NCBI GenBank assembly: GCA_951406725.2 | Contig: OX597826.1 | Coordinates: 7,316,001 to 7,380,000 of the forward strand | From: Octopus vulgaris | Taxonomy: Eukaryota | Reading direction: 5' to 3' | DNA: 64,000 nt | In this document: one piece after another, positions 1 through 12,731 of the stretch | Numbering within the stretch: position 1 is the stretch's first letter | Layout: every line of letters starts with the position of its first letter | Notes under the pieces: generated by a model | The model's input: the letters and a program-made list of their open reading frames with translations, nothing else | Told to the model about the DNA's origin: nothing | Databases searched by the model: none | Position numbers and translations under genes: made by a program

Positions 1-293
1 TACTACTGCATACTGTGTGCTTCAGATTTAATATCCTGTATGGTCGGGACCAATTTATGAACTAGAGGCGCTGAAGGGAGAATGTTACAATCCATGTTAA
101 ATAAGCTATCCCCAACAGCGATATTCTGAATTAGGTGGTTATGGATAACCACCTATCCCAGAGCGCGGATAACCAATGGCGTTATTCCAGTCTTCATAAT
201 TCACTTTCTGCTGGTTTTGAATTCCAGATCTTTTTACTTAGATTTTCTATGACTTTCACAAGGCATTTTTTCCCAATAATATTGTTATTGTTT

Positions 294-855
294 AAGGCGG
301 CGAGCTGGCAGAAACGTTAGCACGCCGGGCGAAATGCGTAGCCGTATTTCGTCTGTCGTTACGTTGTGAGTTCAAATTCCGCCGAGGTCGACTTTGACTT
401 TCATCCTTTCGGGGGTCGATTAAATAAGTACCAGTTACGCACTGGGGGGGTTGTAATCGACTTAATCCGTTTATCTGTCCTTGTTTGTCCTCTCTGTGTT
501 TAGCCCCTTGTGGCTAGTAAAGAAATAGGTATTTCGTCTGCCGCTACGTTCTGAGTTCAAATTCCACCGAGGTCGACTTTGCCTTTCATCCTTTCGGGGT
601 CGATTAAATAAGTACCAGTTACGCACTGGGGTCGATATAATCGCCTTAATCCGTTTGTATGTCCTTGTTTATCCTCTCTGTGTTTAGCCCCTTGTGGGTA
701 GTAAAGAAATAGGTATTTCATCTGTCTTTATGTTGCGAGTGCAAATTTCACCGATAAATAAGTACCAGTTTCGCACTGGGGTCGACATAATTGACTTGCT
801 CCTTCCCCAAAATTTCAGGCCTTGTGCCTACAGTAGAAAAGATTATTATTATTAA
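294..855 (+). mobile_element. tRNA-derived SINE family A, multimeric copy (full monomer plus two 5'-truncated monomers, ATT tail)
   Basis: Head aaggcggcgagctggcagaaacgttagc with B-box-like gagttcaaattcc. Core gtcgactttgcctttcatcctttcggggtcgattaaataagtaccag is repeated. Many further copies occur in the window. Confidence 0.9.
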
Positions 856-1319
856 TAAAATTATCATCATTATTATTATTTGGTTGGATGGCGTAATCCG
901 CCAAAACATTCTAAAATCTTGTATGGAATTTCTTCTTGTTATGGAATGTGGAAAAAAATAATTCCTGTAAAACTTTATTCATATCTTAGATTCTTTGTTT
1001 GATAATTTTCTGGTCATCTTGATCATTTAAGTTACAAAACTGTAGTAAATACTTCACATTGTCGATATGTTTAGTAAATGAATCATATTTCATTGGACTT
1101 CGTCCTGGGGCATGATTTACGCTAGATTTCATTATTTGATCATTATTTCATGAGGTACTAACATCTAATGAAATATAATCACTTTTCGTTTTAGCTTTTT
1201 TTTTTTTTTTTTTTTTTGCTGAAATTTCTGAATATAGAAATTCAACGAAATCCGTATACCGAACCATAAGTAAACGAATTAAGATTTTTTTTTAATCATC
1301 ACTCTTATATGATATCCTG

Positions 1320-1951
1320 TGATATATATATAGACACACACACACATATATATATACACACATATATGTATATATATGCATACATACATATATGTATATT
1401 CAAATGCATACATACATGTGTGTGTGTTTATGTATGTTTTTATGTATATATGTATGTATCTATCTATCTATATACGTATGTTCATATATATATTTATATA
1501 TATGCGTGTATATATATTTGTATATATATTTAGATATGTATATACATTTATATATGTATATATATTCATACATATCTACATATCTATTCATATCTATTGA
1601 TATCTATCTATCTATATATATATATAAATATATATACATACATACACGCATGCATACATACACATACACATACATGCATACATACACATACATACATACA
1701 TACATACAAACATACATACATATATATATATACATCCATCCATCCATCCATACATACATACATATATACATACATACATGCATACATACATACATATATA
1801 CATACATGAATACATACATACATACATATATACATACATGCATACATACACATACATACATACATACATATACATCCATCCATCCATACATACATACATA
1901 CATATATACGTACATGCATACATACATACATATATACATACATACATACAT
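1320..1951. repeat. Compound (TA)/(TACA)/(TATC) microsatellite field
   Basis: Degenerate tata/taca/catc repeats read directly; source of the Y/I/H/T-rich ORFs. Confidence 0.95.
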
Positions 1952-2770
1952 AAGCTTTGCAAATTAAATATTCTCTTAGTTATTAAAAACAGAATTGTCT
2001 AGACACATTTTTATCGCATCATAAAATATTCTAAAAGTGTTTTTCTGATATGAACAGGATATAATATATGCATATATTTGAAGAATTTTGGCACATGGTG
2101 TCTCTTACGCAAAGTCTCGGAGTTACACCATTTTTTTTTTTAATAATCATTTTCTTTTTATCATTACCAGCCACAAGTGTCGTTACGATATGATGTTAAC
2201 CAAAATAAATATAGTATTTAGCCACAGAGATCTCAATCCCCTCATTACTATATAAGATAAATGATATCAGGTGCTGTAAGACGACATGTCTACAATCCAA
2301 ATTACCCCGGGGGCTCATGAGTTTCTAGTTATTTTGTAATATAATGCACAGTCGCTTGTTTTGTTTCAAAAACAACTTAATTATTCTTTTCATATATGTA
2401 GACAAATTAATAATTTAATATTGACTGTTTTGTCGCCAGTAGCAACAAGAAACTGTGATCAATATTATTTAACTTAACTAGTAAAACTTACATTGAAGAA
2501 CATGCGAACCTTTCTGGAGACATTTGTTGTTAGATGTACAGATAGATGGTTTATGATGTGTAACACGTATCTGATATATACTGTACTCATAACTATGATT
2601 CGATGTGTACAGTTACTCGTAAAAAAGTAGTGTCGTTATGCAATTAACAAAAGTTCTACTAGTCTGAAATGCCTAACCAGTGTTGCATGTTCCATTCCTA
2701 GACAACGGGAACCTCCTGCAATGTGGCATAGCGAAGAGATTCTCATAAAACAGCTAATCGTATACTGTAT

Positions 2771-3168
2771 ACTCTTTACGCTTTTATTTGTTTCAGTCAT
2801 TTGAATGTGGCCATGCTGGAGCACCGCCTTTAGTCAAGCAAATCGACCCCAGGACTTATTCTTTGTAAGCCTACTACTTATTCTATCGGGTTCTTTTGCC
2901 GAACCGCTAAGTTACGGGGACGTAAACACACCAGCATCGGTTGTCAAACGATGTTGGGGAGACAAACACAGACACACACACATATACACATACACATACA
3001 TATATACGACGGGCTTCTTTCAGTTTCCGTCTACCAATTCAACTCACGAGGCTTTGGTCGGCCCGAGGCTATAGTAGAAGACGCCCAAGGTGCCACGCAG
3101 TGGGACTGAACCCGGAACCATGTGGTTGATAAGCAAGCTACTTACCACACAGTCATTCCTACGCCTAT
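2771..3168 (-). mobile_element. tRNA-derived SINE family B (CORE-like domain, internal (TG/TA)n), near full length
   Basis: Minus strand reads ataggcgtagga..gctgtgtggtaag..gggttcagtcccactgcgtggcaccttggg...gctccagcatggccac..tgactgaaac. Matches copies at 7369, 13416 and 25722. Confidence 0.9.
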
Positions 3169-3271
3169 GTTAAAGAAAGTAGAATATTGTATATTAAGAT
3201 GTGAATAGGACCAGAGAGAAGATATAAAAAAGCTTAAGGTGACTGCCCGCTTCTCTGATTTTTGTGGTATT

Positions 3272-3420
3272 AAGGCACTGAGTCGGTAGAACCGTTAGCA
3301 TGCCGGACAAAATGCCTAGCAGCATTTCGTCCCCTTTTACGGTTTGAATAGAAATTTAGACGAGCTTGACTTTGCCTTTCATCCTTTCGGAGTGGATGGA
3401 ATAAGTACTAAAAAATAAGT
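3272..3420 (+). mobile_element. SINE family A, diverged 5' fragment
   Basis: gttagcatgccggacaaaatgc...gactttgcctttcatcctttcgg. Confidence 0.8.
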
Positions 3421-3436
3421 ATAAAAAAAGAGGAAA

Positions 3437-3748
3437 GGGTAAAGTACTCCTTCGGTCATGTATAACCATGAGATTGCACCTAGAAAGTTACCCTCCAAGG
3501 CACAAGTCCAGGCAAGGTGGTTTATGGGAGACCAGAAGTCGCCCATGCATACCACCCTTTTTTATCTATGCCACCAATGTTATCCAAGGGAAAGACGATG
3601 GCCGATACAGCTTGGCACCAGTGATGTCGCAGCTCATTTCTAAATTTGAGTGAACTGGAGCAACGTGAAATAATCACATAACATATAACCCGGTACGGAA
3701 ATTGAACTCACTACTTCTTGATTGTGTGCCTGGCGCTCTAACCACCGA
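3437..3748 (-). mobile_element. tRNA-derived SINE family C variant
   Basis: Minus-strand head cggtggttagagcg...gagttcaatttccg followed by cacgttgctccagttcactc, a core shared with 20682 and 45545; distinct 3' tail. Confidence 0.75.
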
Positions 3749-3757
3749 AACATAAGC

Positions 3758-4050
3758 CAAGTACTTATACTATCGGTCTCTTTTGCCGAACTGCTAAGTT
3801 ACGGGGACGTAAACACACCAGCATCGGTTGTCAAGCGATGTTGGACGGACAAACACAGACACACAAACACACACACACACACACACATACACACACACAT
3901 ACACACATACACACATATATATATATACATATATACGACAGGCTTCTTTCAATTTCCGTCTACCAAATCCATTCACAAGGCAACAACGTGACACGCAGTG
4001 GGACTGAACCTGGAACACTGTGGTTCGTAAGCAAGCTACTTACCACACAG
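3758..4050 (-). mobile_element. SINE family B, partial
   Basis: gctaagttacggggacgtaaacacaccagcatcggttgtc...gcaagctacttaccacacagc. Confidence 0.85.
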
Positions 4051-4443
4051 CAACGTACTATTCCATTTCAACACTTGAAAAAAATCCTGTGATATTAATT
4101 CAAGTAAGTAATTCTGTTGAATATCAAATGGGGAAAGCCTTGGCAAATAAGATTAAAAAAAGTGATAATTCTGGAAATCATGAAGAAAGCTTCTAAAACA
4201 CTCTTGTTCTCTTTTGTATTCTATAGTATAACAAAAACAGAAATAGTGTTACACCACGTTATTTAATTATTTATTGTCATATTTTTTTCCTCTTTGTCTA
4301 TTATCTAATCTTCTACAAGTATTTAATGGGATGTCACCAGTAGCAGCATCCATTATCAGTCCAATCAACAGTATTTAAGCAAAAGATGGAAAGCTATAGA
4401 GATAATTCTACACATTATGTGTGTGTATGTGTATGTATGTGCA

Positions 4444-4478
<35 letters not shown>

Positions 4479-4999
4479 ATTGATGTATACATAGTGGTTG
4501 CTGGTCATATCTCGCTTTGGCCCGTCACTTGGTACTCAGAGAGCACTACCCGTGTCTTACAAGTATTAATGGCTATAATCCAATGACATACAGATGTTTG
4601 TTTATGATGACTTTCTTCGTCATTCCATCCACGGAAACTTCCCTGGCGATCGGAGAATGGCGACGTGAGCAGAACTCTACCAGTCGAGAACTCACATGTG
4701 TTCGAAACCATGCAGATCCGCAACGATACTGAATAGTCATCCGTGAGGTCATGGATGGTAAGTCAGAAACGCTATTGATAACGACAAAGCACAAGTAGAC
4801 GGTAATCACCTGTAAATATGGAGCATTCATCATGTATATATTGACTTGTATGTTTGCATCTGTGAACACATATAAACAATTACACACACACGCACACAAA
4901 CAAACGCATATATATAAATGTATATATATATATATAAATTATTATTTCTAACATTCTGAACGAGAAACATTCCGTAACAGTATTCTAGAGTAAAGAGTA

Positions 5000-5566
5000 A
5001 AGATTATTTGCCAAAATAATGTGGCAGTCCTGGTTAGGACGAATTTTACTGTTATTTAGCACCAACATAGGTCGTCTCCAGCTGGCTATCAACGCACTAT
5101 CTGTGTCCTTTTAATTCGAACAAGGGGGTGTAGTGGCCCCTCTCAGATCTAAAGCAATATCTGTGTAGCAATGGTTTCCAGGATAATTCCCTTCGTCAGC
5201 ACAGAATAACCGCTCGGCTAGACAAAAGAACACTATATTCTTGATCGAAATATATATTTCCAGAAATTTAGGAATAAAAGTTTTTCTATTTATAGGATCA
5301 GTGATTGTGTGTCACTTTGAAAAGTATATTTTTCGAACAAGAGTTTAAATTCGCCATGTGTAGCCGAGCAGTTATTTTGTGCTGATAAAGGGATATAACC
5401 CACAAACCATTTGTGCACAGATATTGCTTTAGAGCTGAGCTTTGTTCGAAAATATAAGGACGCAGATAGTGCGCCTATAGCCAACTGGAGATGATACATC
5501 CTAGGGCTAAATAACAGTAATATTCGGCCTAACAAGGACTGCCAGATTATGTTGAAAGATAATCTT
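5000..5566. mobile_element. Inverted pair of Penelope-like terminal repeats, each with a degenerate hammerhead motif
   Basis: 5000-5224 aligns as the reverse complement of 5357-5566 (diverged). A hammerhead-like core is present in both arms. Confidence 0.7.
5159..5206 (-). ncRNA. Degenerate minimal type I hammerhead ribozyme motif
   Basis: Minus strand: TCTGTG CTGACGA AGGGAATTATCCTG GAAAC CATTGC TA CACAGA. Helix I TCTGTG/CACAGA is a perfect 6 bp; helices II and III carry mismatches. Confidence 0.65.
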
Positions 5567-5621
5567 TATATATATATAAGGTATTTGTCTGTGTCAAGTA
5601 TTGTTATACATTGTATTTCTT

Positions 5622-5790
5622 CATAGGAGGCTTGGGTATGGGGTGAGAAGCTTGCTTCCCAAAAACATGGTCCCGAGTTTTGTTCCCCTGCGTGACACCT
5701 TGGGCAAGTGTCTTCTGCTATAGCCTCGGACCAACCAAAGCCTTGTGAGTGGGCTTGGTAGTCGGAAACTGGAAGCCCACCGTATGTGTC

Positions 5791-5871
<81 letters not shown>

Positions 5872-5880
5872 TTTAGTGTC
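5622..5880 (+). mobile_element. SINE family B, 5' part
   Basis: gcgtgacaccttgggcaagtgtcttctgctatagcctcggaccaaccaaagccttgtgagtgg. Confidence 0.85.
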
Positions 5881-6109
5881 TGTATATTGTACTTGCATTT
5901 CTATATGTCTGATTGGTGCGTACAGATATCCAAATTCGTTGAAAACTGACTGCTCTCTCGATATCTGCCTGGATTTTTAATCCGCTTCTTCTTCGTGTGT
6001 GTGGGTGTATGCGTGCTTGCGTGTATGTGTATGTGTTTATGTGTGTGTGTAAGTGGATTAGTGTCTGTGCGCGTGATTTTGTGTGTGTGTGTGTACGTGC
6101 GTGTGTGTA

Positions 6110-7279
6110 TACGAAGGTTGACTGAAATGTTCATAGCCTGAACAAAATACTCTCATGGAATGTGACAAAATATGTTTTATTTTTCAACACAGTCCCCCCT
6201 TCTTCCATCGGTGTTGCAGCGCTTGGTTCCCATTGGTGAAGAAATTTTCATTGCTCGTTGGTCAAAACAGCCATCTACGTCAAATATAACATCGTCGTCA
6301 TTGTCATCATATCTCCCAGCCAACTGCTGTTTTTTTTTTTTATTTTCATGTTGGGAAACAGATGATAGTCAGATGAGGCCAACAGAGTGGATGGTCAAAG
6401 AATTCATATTCACAATCGCGCATAGTACAAATTGAAACTAATGTCTTATGTGGTGCAGCATTATCCTGATGAAAGAAAAGCCCTTTTATCAATTTTTCCG
6501 GGTCGTTTGGTCTTGATGGGTCTTGTGCTCCTTTTGAAGGTTGTCAATAACTCACTTCCCCGCAGATGAAATGGTTTTGGCCATCTTTGTAGCAGGCAAG
6601 GATTTGTGTTTCCACTACACGGATCGTCTCTTTCTCTCTTCCCAAGGTGATACAGAAAATACTCATGATTTATATAAGGTTCAAAATAACTAGCTGGATC
6701 TACATCTAGAATTGTCAGATTTTCCCGTGGTGGGGTCAGCCTGGTGTGCTTTTGTTCAGGTGTTAGCAGATACCTTCATTAAGCTAAATTCGTCATGCAT
6801 TCGCAACTTTCTCCCGGGATAAGCTAATAGCATTGGCTGTTTCGTGTATAGTAACTCACCTGTCATCCATCAACACATGATAAACAGAATCAATGTTTTC
6901 CTTATTAGCGGGAGTTGCAAGACATCTAAACCTTGGCTCATCTTCAAACCTTTCTGTTCCTCACAAAAATTCAGCTGCCCAATTTTGCACTGTTGATAAA
7001 GCTGAAACGTCATCCACTAATGTAGCAACCATATCAGAATTAATCTCGTTGGAGGATAACACCACGATACCAAGATCAGTCGCAACTATTTACATTTCAA
7101 GTCATGTGTGAACAGTCAGTTTTCAGTTTACCTGGAACGCAACAATGCTATTAGTAATGAGAGTTGGAATTAATGCATTCAAGATATCCCAGCTGTAGCG
7201 TCACTCCTTCATATACATAATTAATAATATCAGGGTAATAATGATTTTAGAAATTTTTACTACCAGTGGCCGAACGTAT
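6110..7279 (-). mobile_element. Decayed near-full-length mariner (DD34D) transposon
   Basis: Minus-strand peptides in mariner order: DMVATLVDDVSALSTVQNWAAEF..FEDEPR, VLMDDR*VTIHETANAISLS, FFHQDNAA, LASSDYHLFPNMK, NGNQALQHRWKK. TIR-like tacgaaggttgactgaaatgttc at 6110. Many stops and frameshifts. Confidence 0.85.
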
Positions 7280-7368
7280 AGAAAAATTAGTCAATATACT
7301 TTATATTATTCTATATATAGTCTAATTATAGTATATTGACTAATATATATATATATATATATATATAC

Positions 7369-7775
7369 ACTCTTTTATTCTTTTACTTGTTTCAGTCATT
7401 TGACTGTGGCCATGCTGGAGCACCGCCTTTAGTCGAGCAAATCGACCCCAGGACTTATTCTTTGTAAGCCTAGTACTTATTCTACCGATATGTTTTGCCG
7501 AGCCGCAAAGTTACGGGGACGTAAACACACCAGCATCGGTTGTCAAGCGATGTTGGCGGGACAAATACAGACATATACACGCACGTACATATATGTATAT
7601 AATTATATATGACGGGTTTCTCTCAGTTTCCGTCTATCAAATCCACTCACAAGGCTTTGGTCAGCCCGTGGTTATAATAGAAGATACTTGCTGAAGTTGC
7701 CACGCAATGGGGCTAAATCCGTAACCATGTGTTTGCTAAGCAAGCTACTTACCACACAGCCACTCCTACGCCTAT
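7369..7775 (-). mobile_element. SINE family B, full length
   Basis: Complete head, body and (ACTCTTTT)-type tail matching other copies. Confidence 0.92.
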
Positions 7776-7879
7776 ATATATATGCAGGTATGTATAGATG
7801 TACAGATATACATATATGTTTACATATACATAAACATACATATATCAAAATACAGAAACATATATGTGTGTAGTGGGTG

Positions 7880-8060
7880 TTGCAGAAATAAATCAAATAT
7901 AAAGATGAGAAAGGCCGCATTACTTTGACGTTGAGGTAAATTGGAAGGCGTCTTTAACGTTTCGAGCCTACGCTCTTCTACAGAAGAAGAGAGTTGAGGA
8001 GACATGGCGAGAGAGAAAATAATGGAGAGAAAAACTACGTGTCAGTGTTGAACACAGCGA
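7880..8060 (-). mobile_element. Short Penelope-like repeat with hammerhead-like motif
   Basis: Minus strand at 7950-7990: CTGTAGAA GAGC GTAG GCTC GAAACGTTA AAGA. A related copy lies at 30728-30760. Confidence 0.55.
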
Positions 8061-8600
8061 TAAAATGTAATCTATTCATGGAAGACGAAAGCCCAAAGTA
8101 AAGTAATTAAAATAGTATTACAGAATTGTGTAATTCAGTCAGAATAATATTTATGACGAATATACGTCTGCAGCATTCGTAATAAACCAGACAGTGAGCA
8201 AATAAAGAGAACTAGATGTGACGAGATTTAAGATAGAGATAGCGAGTATGGAGACTGTTCAATAGAAAAGTTAGTGTTTCATTATTGAGAGATAGGTTTA
8301 TATTTACTAACACATGGGTATGTGTCTGCCGTCATATACACAAATGCTCGGAAGATTATATGCGTTGACATACACAACATGTGTTTGTGTTTGTGTGTGT
8401 GTGTCTGTGTGTCTGTGTCTGTGTGTGTATGTGTGTGTATGTGTGTGTGTGTGCGTGTGTGTCTGTATGTGAATTCTTGGTTGTAGATATTTATTCTATA
8501 GCTCTCTTGCAAAACATGATACGCAGTTATTTTCTTTCCAACTGACTAAATATACATACATACAAACACACATACACACACATATATAATATATAATATA

Positions 8601-8656
<56 letters not shown>

Positions 8657-9227
8657 GAATACATGCAAATATATATATATTCACAAGTATATATATATGT
8701 GTGTGTGAGAGCTTCTGAAGGTGCGAGTGTATGTATGTACGTATATGTTGTATGTTCAACGTTGTTCATATTTCATAACCTCCTCCGGTGTTTAGTTCGA
8801 TTTTAAAAAAGCGCATTGTACGAAACTCCTAGGAAGCCAGTAAGAAATCATTGATTTGCTTCAAATACATCAAACACACTTTAATTGGACAGTGTATTGC
8901 CTCTCTTGTGAGCAACTCTCGAGCGTATATACACATACACACAAGTGGCGACGTCTAAGCAGATTCTTGGGCAATATGAACAACAATGTGTAGAAGCCTT
9001 TGAGGTTCTAACCTTTCACAGATTGGGGCAGAATAAACTGGAATGATTGGTAAATAATGCTGCAGTACGAGAAAATCTGAAAGTCCAACGACACATATTG
9101 TTAGAATCAGTTTGTTAAGCTACCATAATTTGAACATATAATGCTCCCCGTGCGATTGTCCAAGACTATTGTGAGAAGCAGTGTGCAGTGGGGTTAAGAG
9201 CAAGAAACTGTCAGAAATGTTTGTGTA

Positions 9228-9740
9228 CCGTAAATCCTCGAGTATAATCCGCTTTTTTTCCCCAAAATTTAAAGGTCAAAATCCCTAGTGCATACTATAT
9301 ACAAGGTTAAAAATGAAAAATTATTTTCTAAGCAATCTCAGAGTTCCTATTTGCTGTCCTGCAATGTTTATTCAGACACATTTTGTGATGTCAGGCGCGA
9401 AAATACCTTAAACTAAGCCTGAAAGGAATGAAGTCATAAAAGAATCATCCATAACTTGCAGAAAGCAACATTTATTAAACGTTATTACTGTTATTTCTTT
9501 ATATTCTGCAAACAAAATGAACACGAAAGCTACACATTTGCATTATGTTGTATATACAATAATAGTGAAAGACGTTACTGTATACAATTTTAGAAACCAA
9601 AGACATTATATAGACCTCCTTGACTGAAGTTAGAGAAAGGGTGCGTATTATACACAAGGTTTAGGTTTTTCAGAAGTATAGACTTTTAAAAATCCCCAAC
9701 GTATTATACTCATGCGCGGACTATACTGGAGGATTTACGG
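9228..9740. mobile_element. MITE with 25-bp TIRs and TA target duplication (Tc1/mariner superfamily, Tc2/pogo-like ends)
   Basis: ta|ccgtaaatcctcgagtataatccgc ... gcggactatactggaggatttacgg|ta. TIRs match at 23/25; 513 bp; no ORF. Confidence 0.9.
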
Positions 9741-9948
9741 TACTTATGACAGCAAAGAATAGACTGTAACCAAGGGTCTGGCTGATTGTATGAATGCAGA
9801 AACATCACAGGTAGGGAAAAGTAGGGACTTGAAAAGCTTGGATAAATGGAGGTCACGTGGTTTGGTAGACGGCTGAATAACTTTCGGCTCTTGAGTTACG
9901 TTTGTAACTAGTTAAAAGACACACGCCACACACACTCACACACACACA

Positions 9949-9995
<47 letters not shown>

Positions 9996-10001
9996 GTACG
10001 C

Positions 10002-10140
10002 ATATAGGCGCAGTTGTGGGTGTCTGGGTACAAAGTTCTCTTCCAAACCTAGTGGTTTTGTGTTCAGTCCCACAATGAAGCAATTTGGCAAGACCCTTCT
10101 GCAACAAACCCTGTGTCGACCAAAGTCTAGTGAGTGTATT
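10002..10140 (+). mobile_element. SINE family B, old 5' fragment
   Basis: ataggcgcagttgtgggtgt...gttcagtcccac...cgaccaaagtctagtgagtgtattt. Confidence 0.65.
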
Positions 10141-10514
10141 TGTACGTGTTCTTCTATGAGTGTGTGGTCATGTCCATCACATATATAAGTATTTCTCATT
10201 TGGTCATAGATTTTGTGTGTGAACACTGTCTTCACATCTCTCTCAAATCTCGTCACAAATACATTTCTATACGAACAGAGAAGCGTGTGTGTGTGCGAAG
10301 CGTATATATGTTTGTAAGTGAGAGTGTGCGCGCGTATGCGTAGGCGTTGCGTTCACCGCTCTGACAGAGTACTTTTGTCTCTAATCATAACTTTCATCAT
10401 TCTATGTTTATATCCTATATTAAATTTGTATTCCTACATCAATATCTCCGTCTGTGTTGATCCATTAAAGGTAGCTACGATAAAAATCTATAGGCATGAG
10501 AAAATGTTCTAGTA

Positions 10515-10573
10515 AGTATGTATGTATGTATGATCATATACAATATGTATTTATACATATGTGTATACATATA

Positions 10574-10604
<31 letters not shown>

Positions 10605-10686
10605 CTGTATTTGACTAATGCATTTCTCAGAAGCATATGTACATTGAGTTCTAACAGCAGGTTATTAGTATCGCCAAGTCAAATAT

Positions 10687-10729
<43 letters not shown>

Positions 10730-10832
10730 TATACATATATACACATATATATATACACACATATACACATATATATACACATATATATATACACACATAT
10801 ATACACATATATATATACATATATATATACAC

Positions 10833-10877
<45 letters not shown>

Positions 10878-11165
10878 TATACATATATATACATATATAT
10901 ACACATATATACGCACATATATGTACACATATATATATACACATATATATACACATATATATGCATACATATATACACGTATATAAACATATATATATAT
11001 ATATATATAAATACATATATATATACATATATATATACATATACATATATATATACATATACATATATATACATATACATACATATACATACATATACAC
11101 ACACATATATATATGTATATATACATACATACATCTATATATATATGCATGTATATATGCATACA

Positions 11166-11208
<43 letters not shown>
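10515..11208. repeat. (TA)/(TACA) microsatellite field
   Basis: Read directly. Confidence 0.95.
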
Positions 11209-11503
11209 TATTGGTAATATTCCGCATCCTTTAGCAGCATCAATCTTCATAAATTAATTCAGATGAAGAAGCAATCTTGAATGTCTTGGAGCTTCGAAGG
11301 ACAGACGTAAGTGGGGAGGCTGGTGTCCATAATAAACTTATACGACTAATAATAAAATATGTCATAAATCTTTGAAAAATTCGATTTAAATCAAGGTAAT
11401 CAACAGTTCCTTATTATAACAATTTCAAAAGGGAAACCATAAAACAGACCTCGTTCTTTTCCGTATAATCCCCACCAATTTTCGCATATTCGCTCATATG
11501 TTG

Positions 11504-12385
11504 CTATATTATCGGACTTGTATCCATCTTTCTGATAGTTCTATATTATAGGACTTGTATCCATCTTTCTGATAGTTCTATATTATCGGACTTGTATCCA
11601 TCTTTCTGATAGTTCTATATTATAGGACTTGTATCCATCTTTCTGATAGTTCTATATTATAGGACTTGTATCCATCTTTCTGATAGTTCTATATTATAGG
11701 ACTTGTATCCATCTTTCTGATAGTTCTATATTATAGGACTTGTATCCATCTTTCTGATAGTTCTATATTATAGGACTTGTATCCATCTTTCTGATAGTTC
11801 TATATTATAGGACTTGTATCCATCTTTCTGATAGTTCTATATTATAGGACTTGTATCCATCTTTCTGATAGTTCTATATTATAGGACTTGTATCCATCTT
11901 TCTGATAGTTCTATATTATAGGACTTGTATCCATCTTTCTGATAGTTCTATATTATAGGACTTGTATCCATCTTTCTGATAGTTCTATATTATAGGACTT
12001 GTATCCATCTTTCTGATAGTTCTATATTATAGGACTTGTATCCATCTTTCTGATAGTTCTATATTATAGGACTTGTATCCATCTTTCTGATAGTTCTATA
12101 TTATAGGACTTGTATCCATCTTTCTGATAGTTCTATATTATAGGACTTGTATCCATCTTTCTGATAGTTCTATATTATAGGACTTGTATCCATCTTTCTG
12201 ATAGTTCTATATTATAGGACTTGTATCCATCTTTCTGATAGTTCTATATTATAGGACTTGTATCCATCTTTCTGATAGTTCTATATTATAGGACTTGTAT
12301 CCATCTTTCTGATAGTTCTATATTATAGGACTTGTATCCATCTTTCTGATAGTTCTATATTATAGGATTTGTATCCATCTTTCTG
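11504..12385. repeat. 37-bp minisatellite, about 23.8 near-identical copies
   Basis: Unit ctatattataggacttgtatccatctttctgatagtt, head to tail with no spacers. Units 1 and 3 carry a>c and the last unit c>t. Confidence 0.98.
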
Positions 12386-12731
12386 CCGCTGCTGAGACTT
12401 GTTTCAAGCATTTCAGGTTGGCTTTGATATTCACCATTCCACATTCTCTATTCCCGATGAAAATTTAGTCAAGCGTTTTTTCAGAAATCAAACACTATAT
12501 GCTTCAAATGATATGTTATACAACACGCTCGTTTTAAACTGTGGTATACTTTGTGGTGATTATTCTGCCGCATCGAACATTTGGCTCCATGACTCAGTAT
12601 CTGTGTTTTTTTCCTGCTCTGCACTAATGATTTATATAACGAATTTGAATAGAAATTGCTTGACTTCTGCTGTCCTAGCTTTCATCTGCGACACTGTTGA
12701 CTATCCATTGAAATCATTATTTCTTCATACA

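Noticed and set aside
886-2132. DNA transposon bounded by atggcgtaatccg / cggagttacaccat
   Set aside because: The inverted match is short and imperfect, and no TSD was identified.
4495-4812. RTE reverse transcriptase remnant or exon
   Set aside because: Only a vague MFVYDDF / GEWRR resemblance; not enough to call.
11504-12385. CRISPR array (37-bp repeat length)
   Set aside because: Units are directly adjacent with no unique spacers, there are no cas genes, and the context is eukaryotic.
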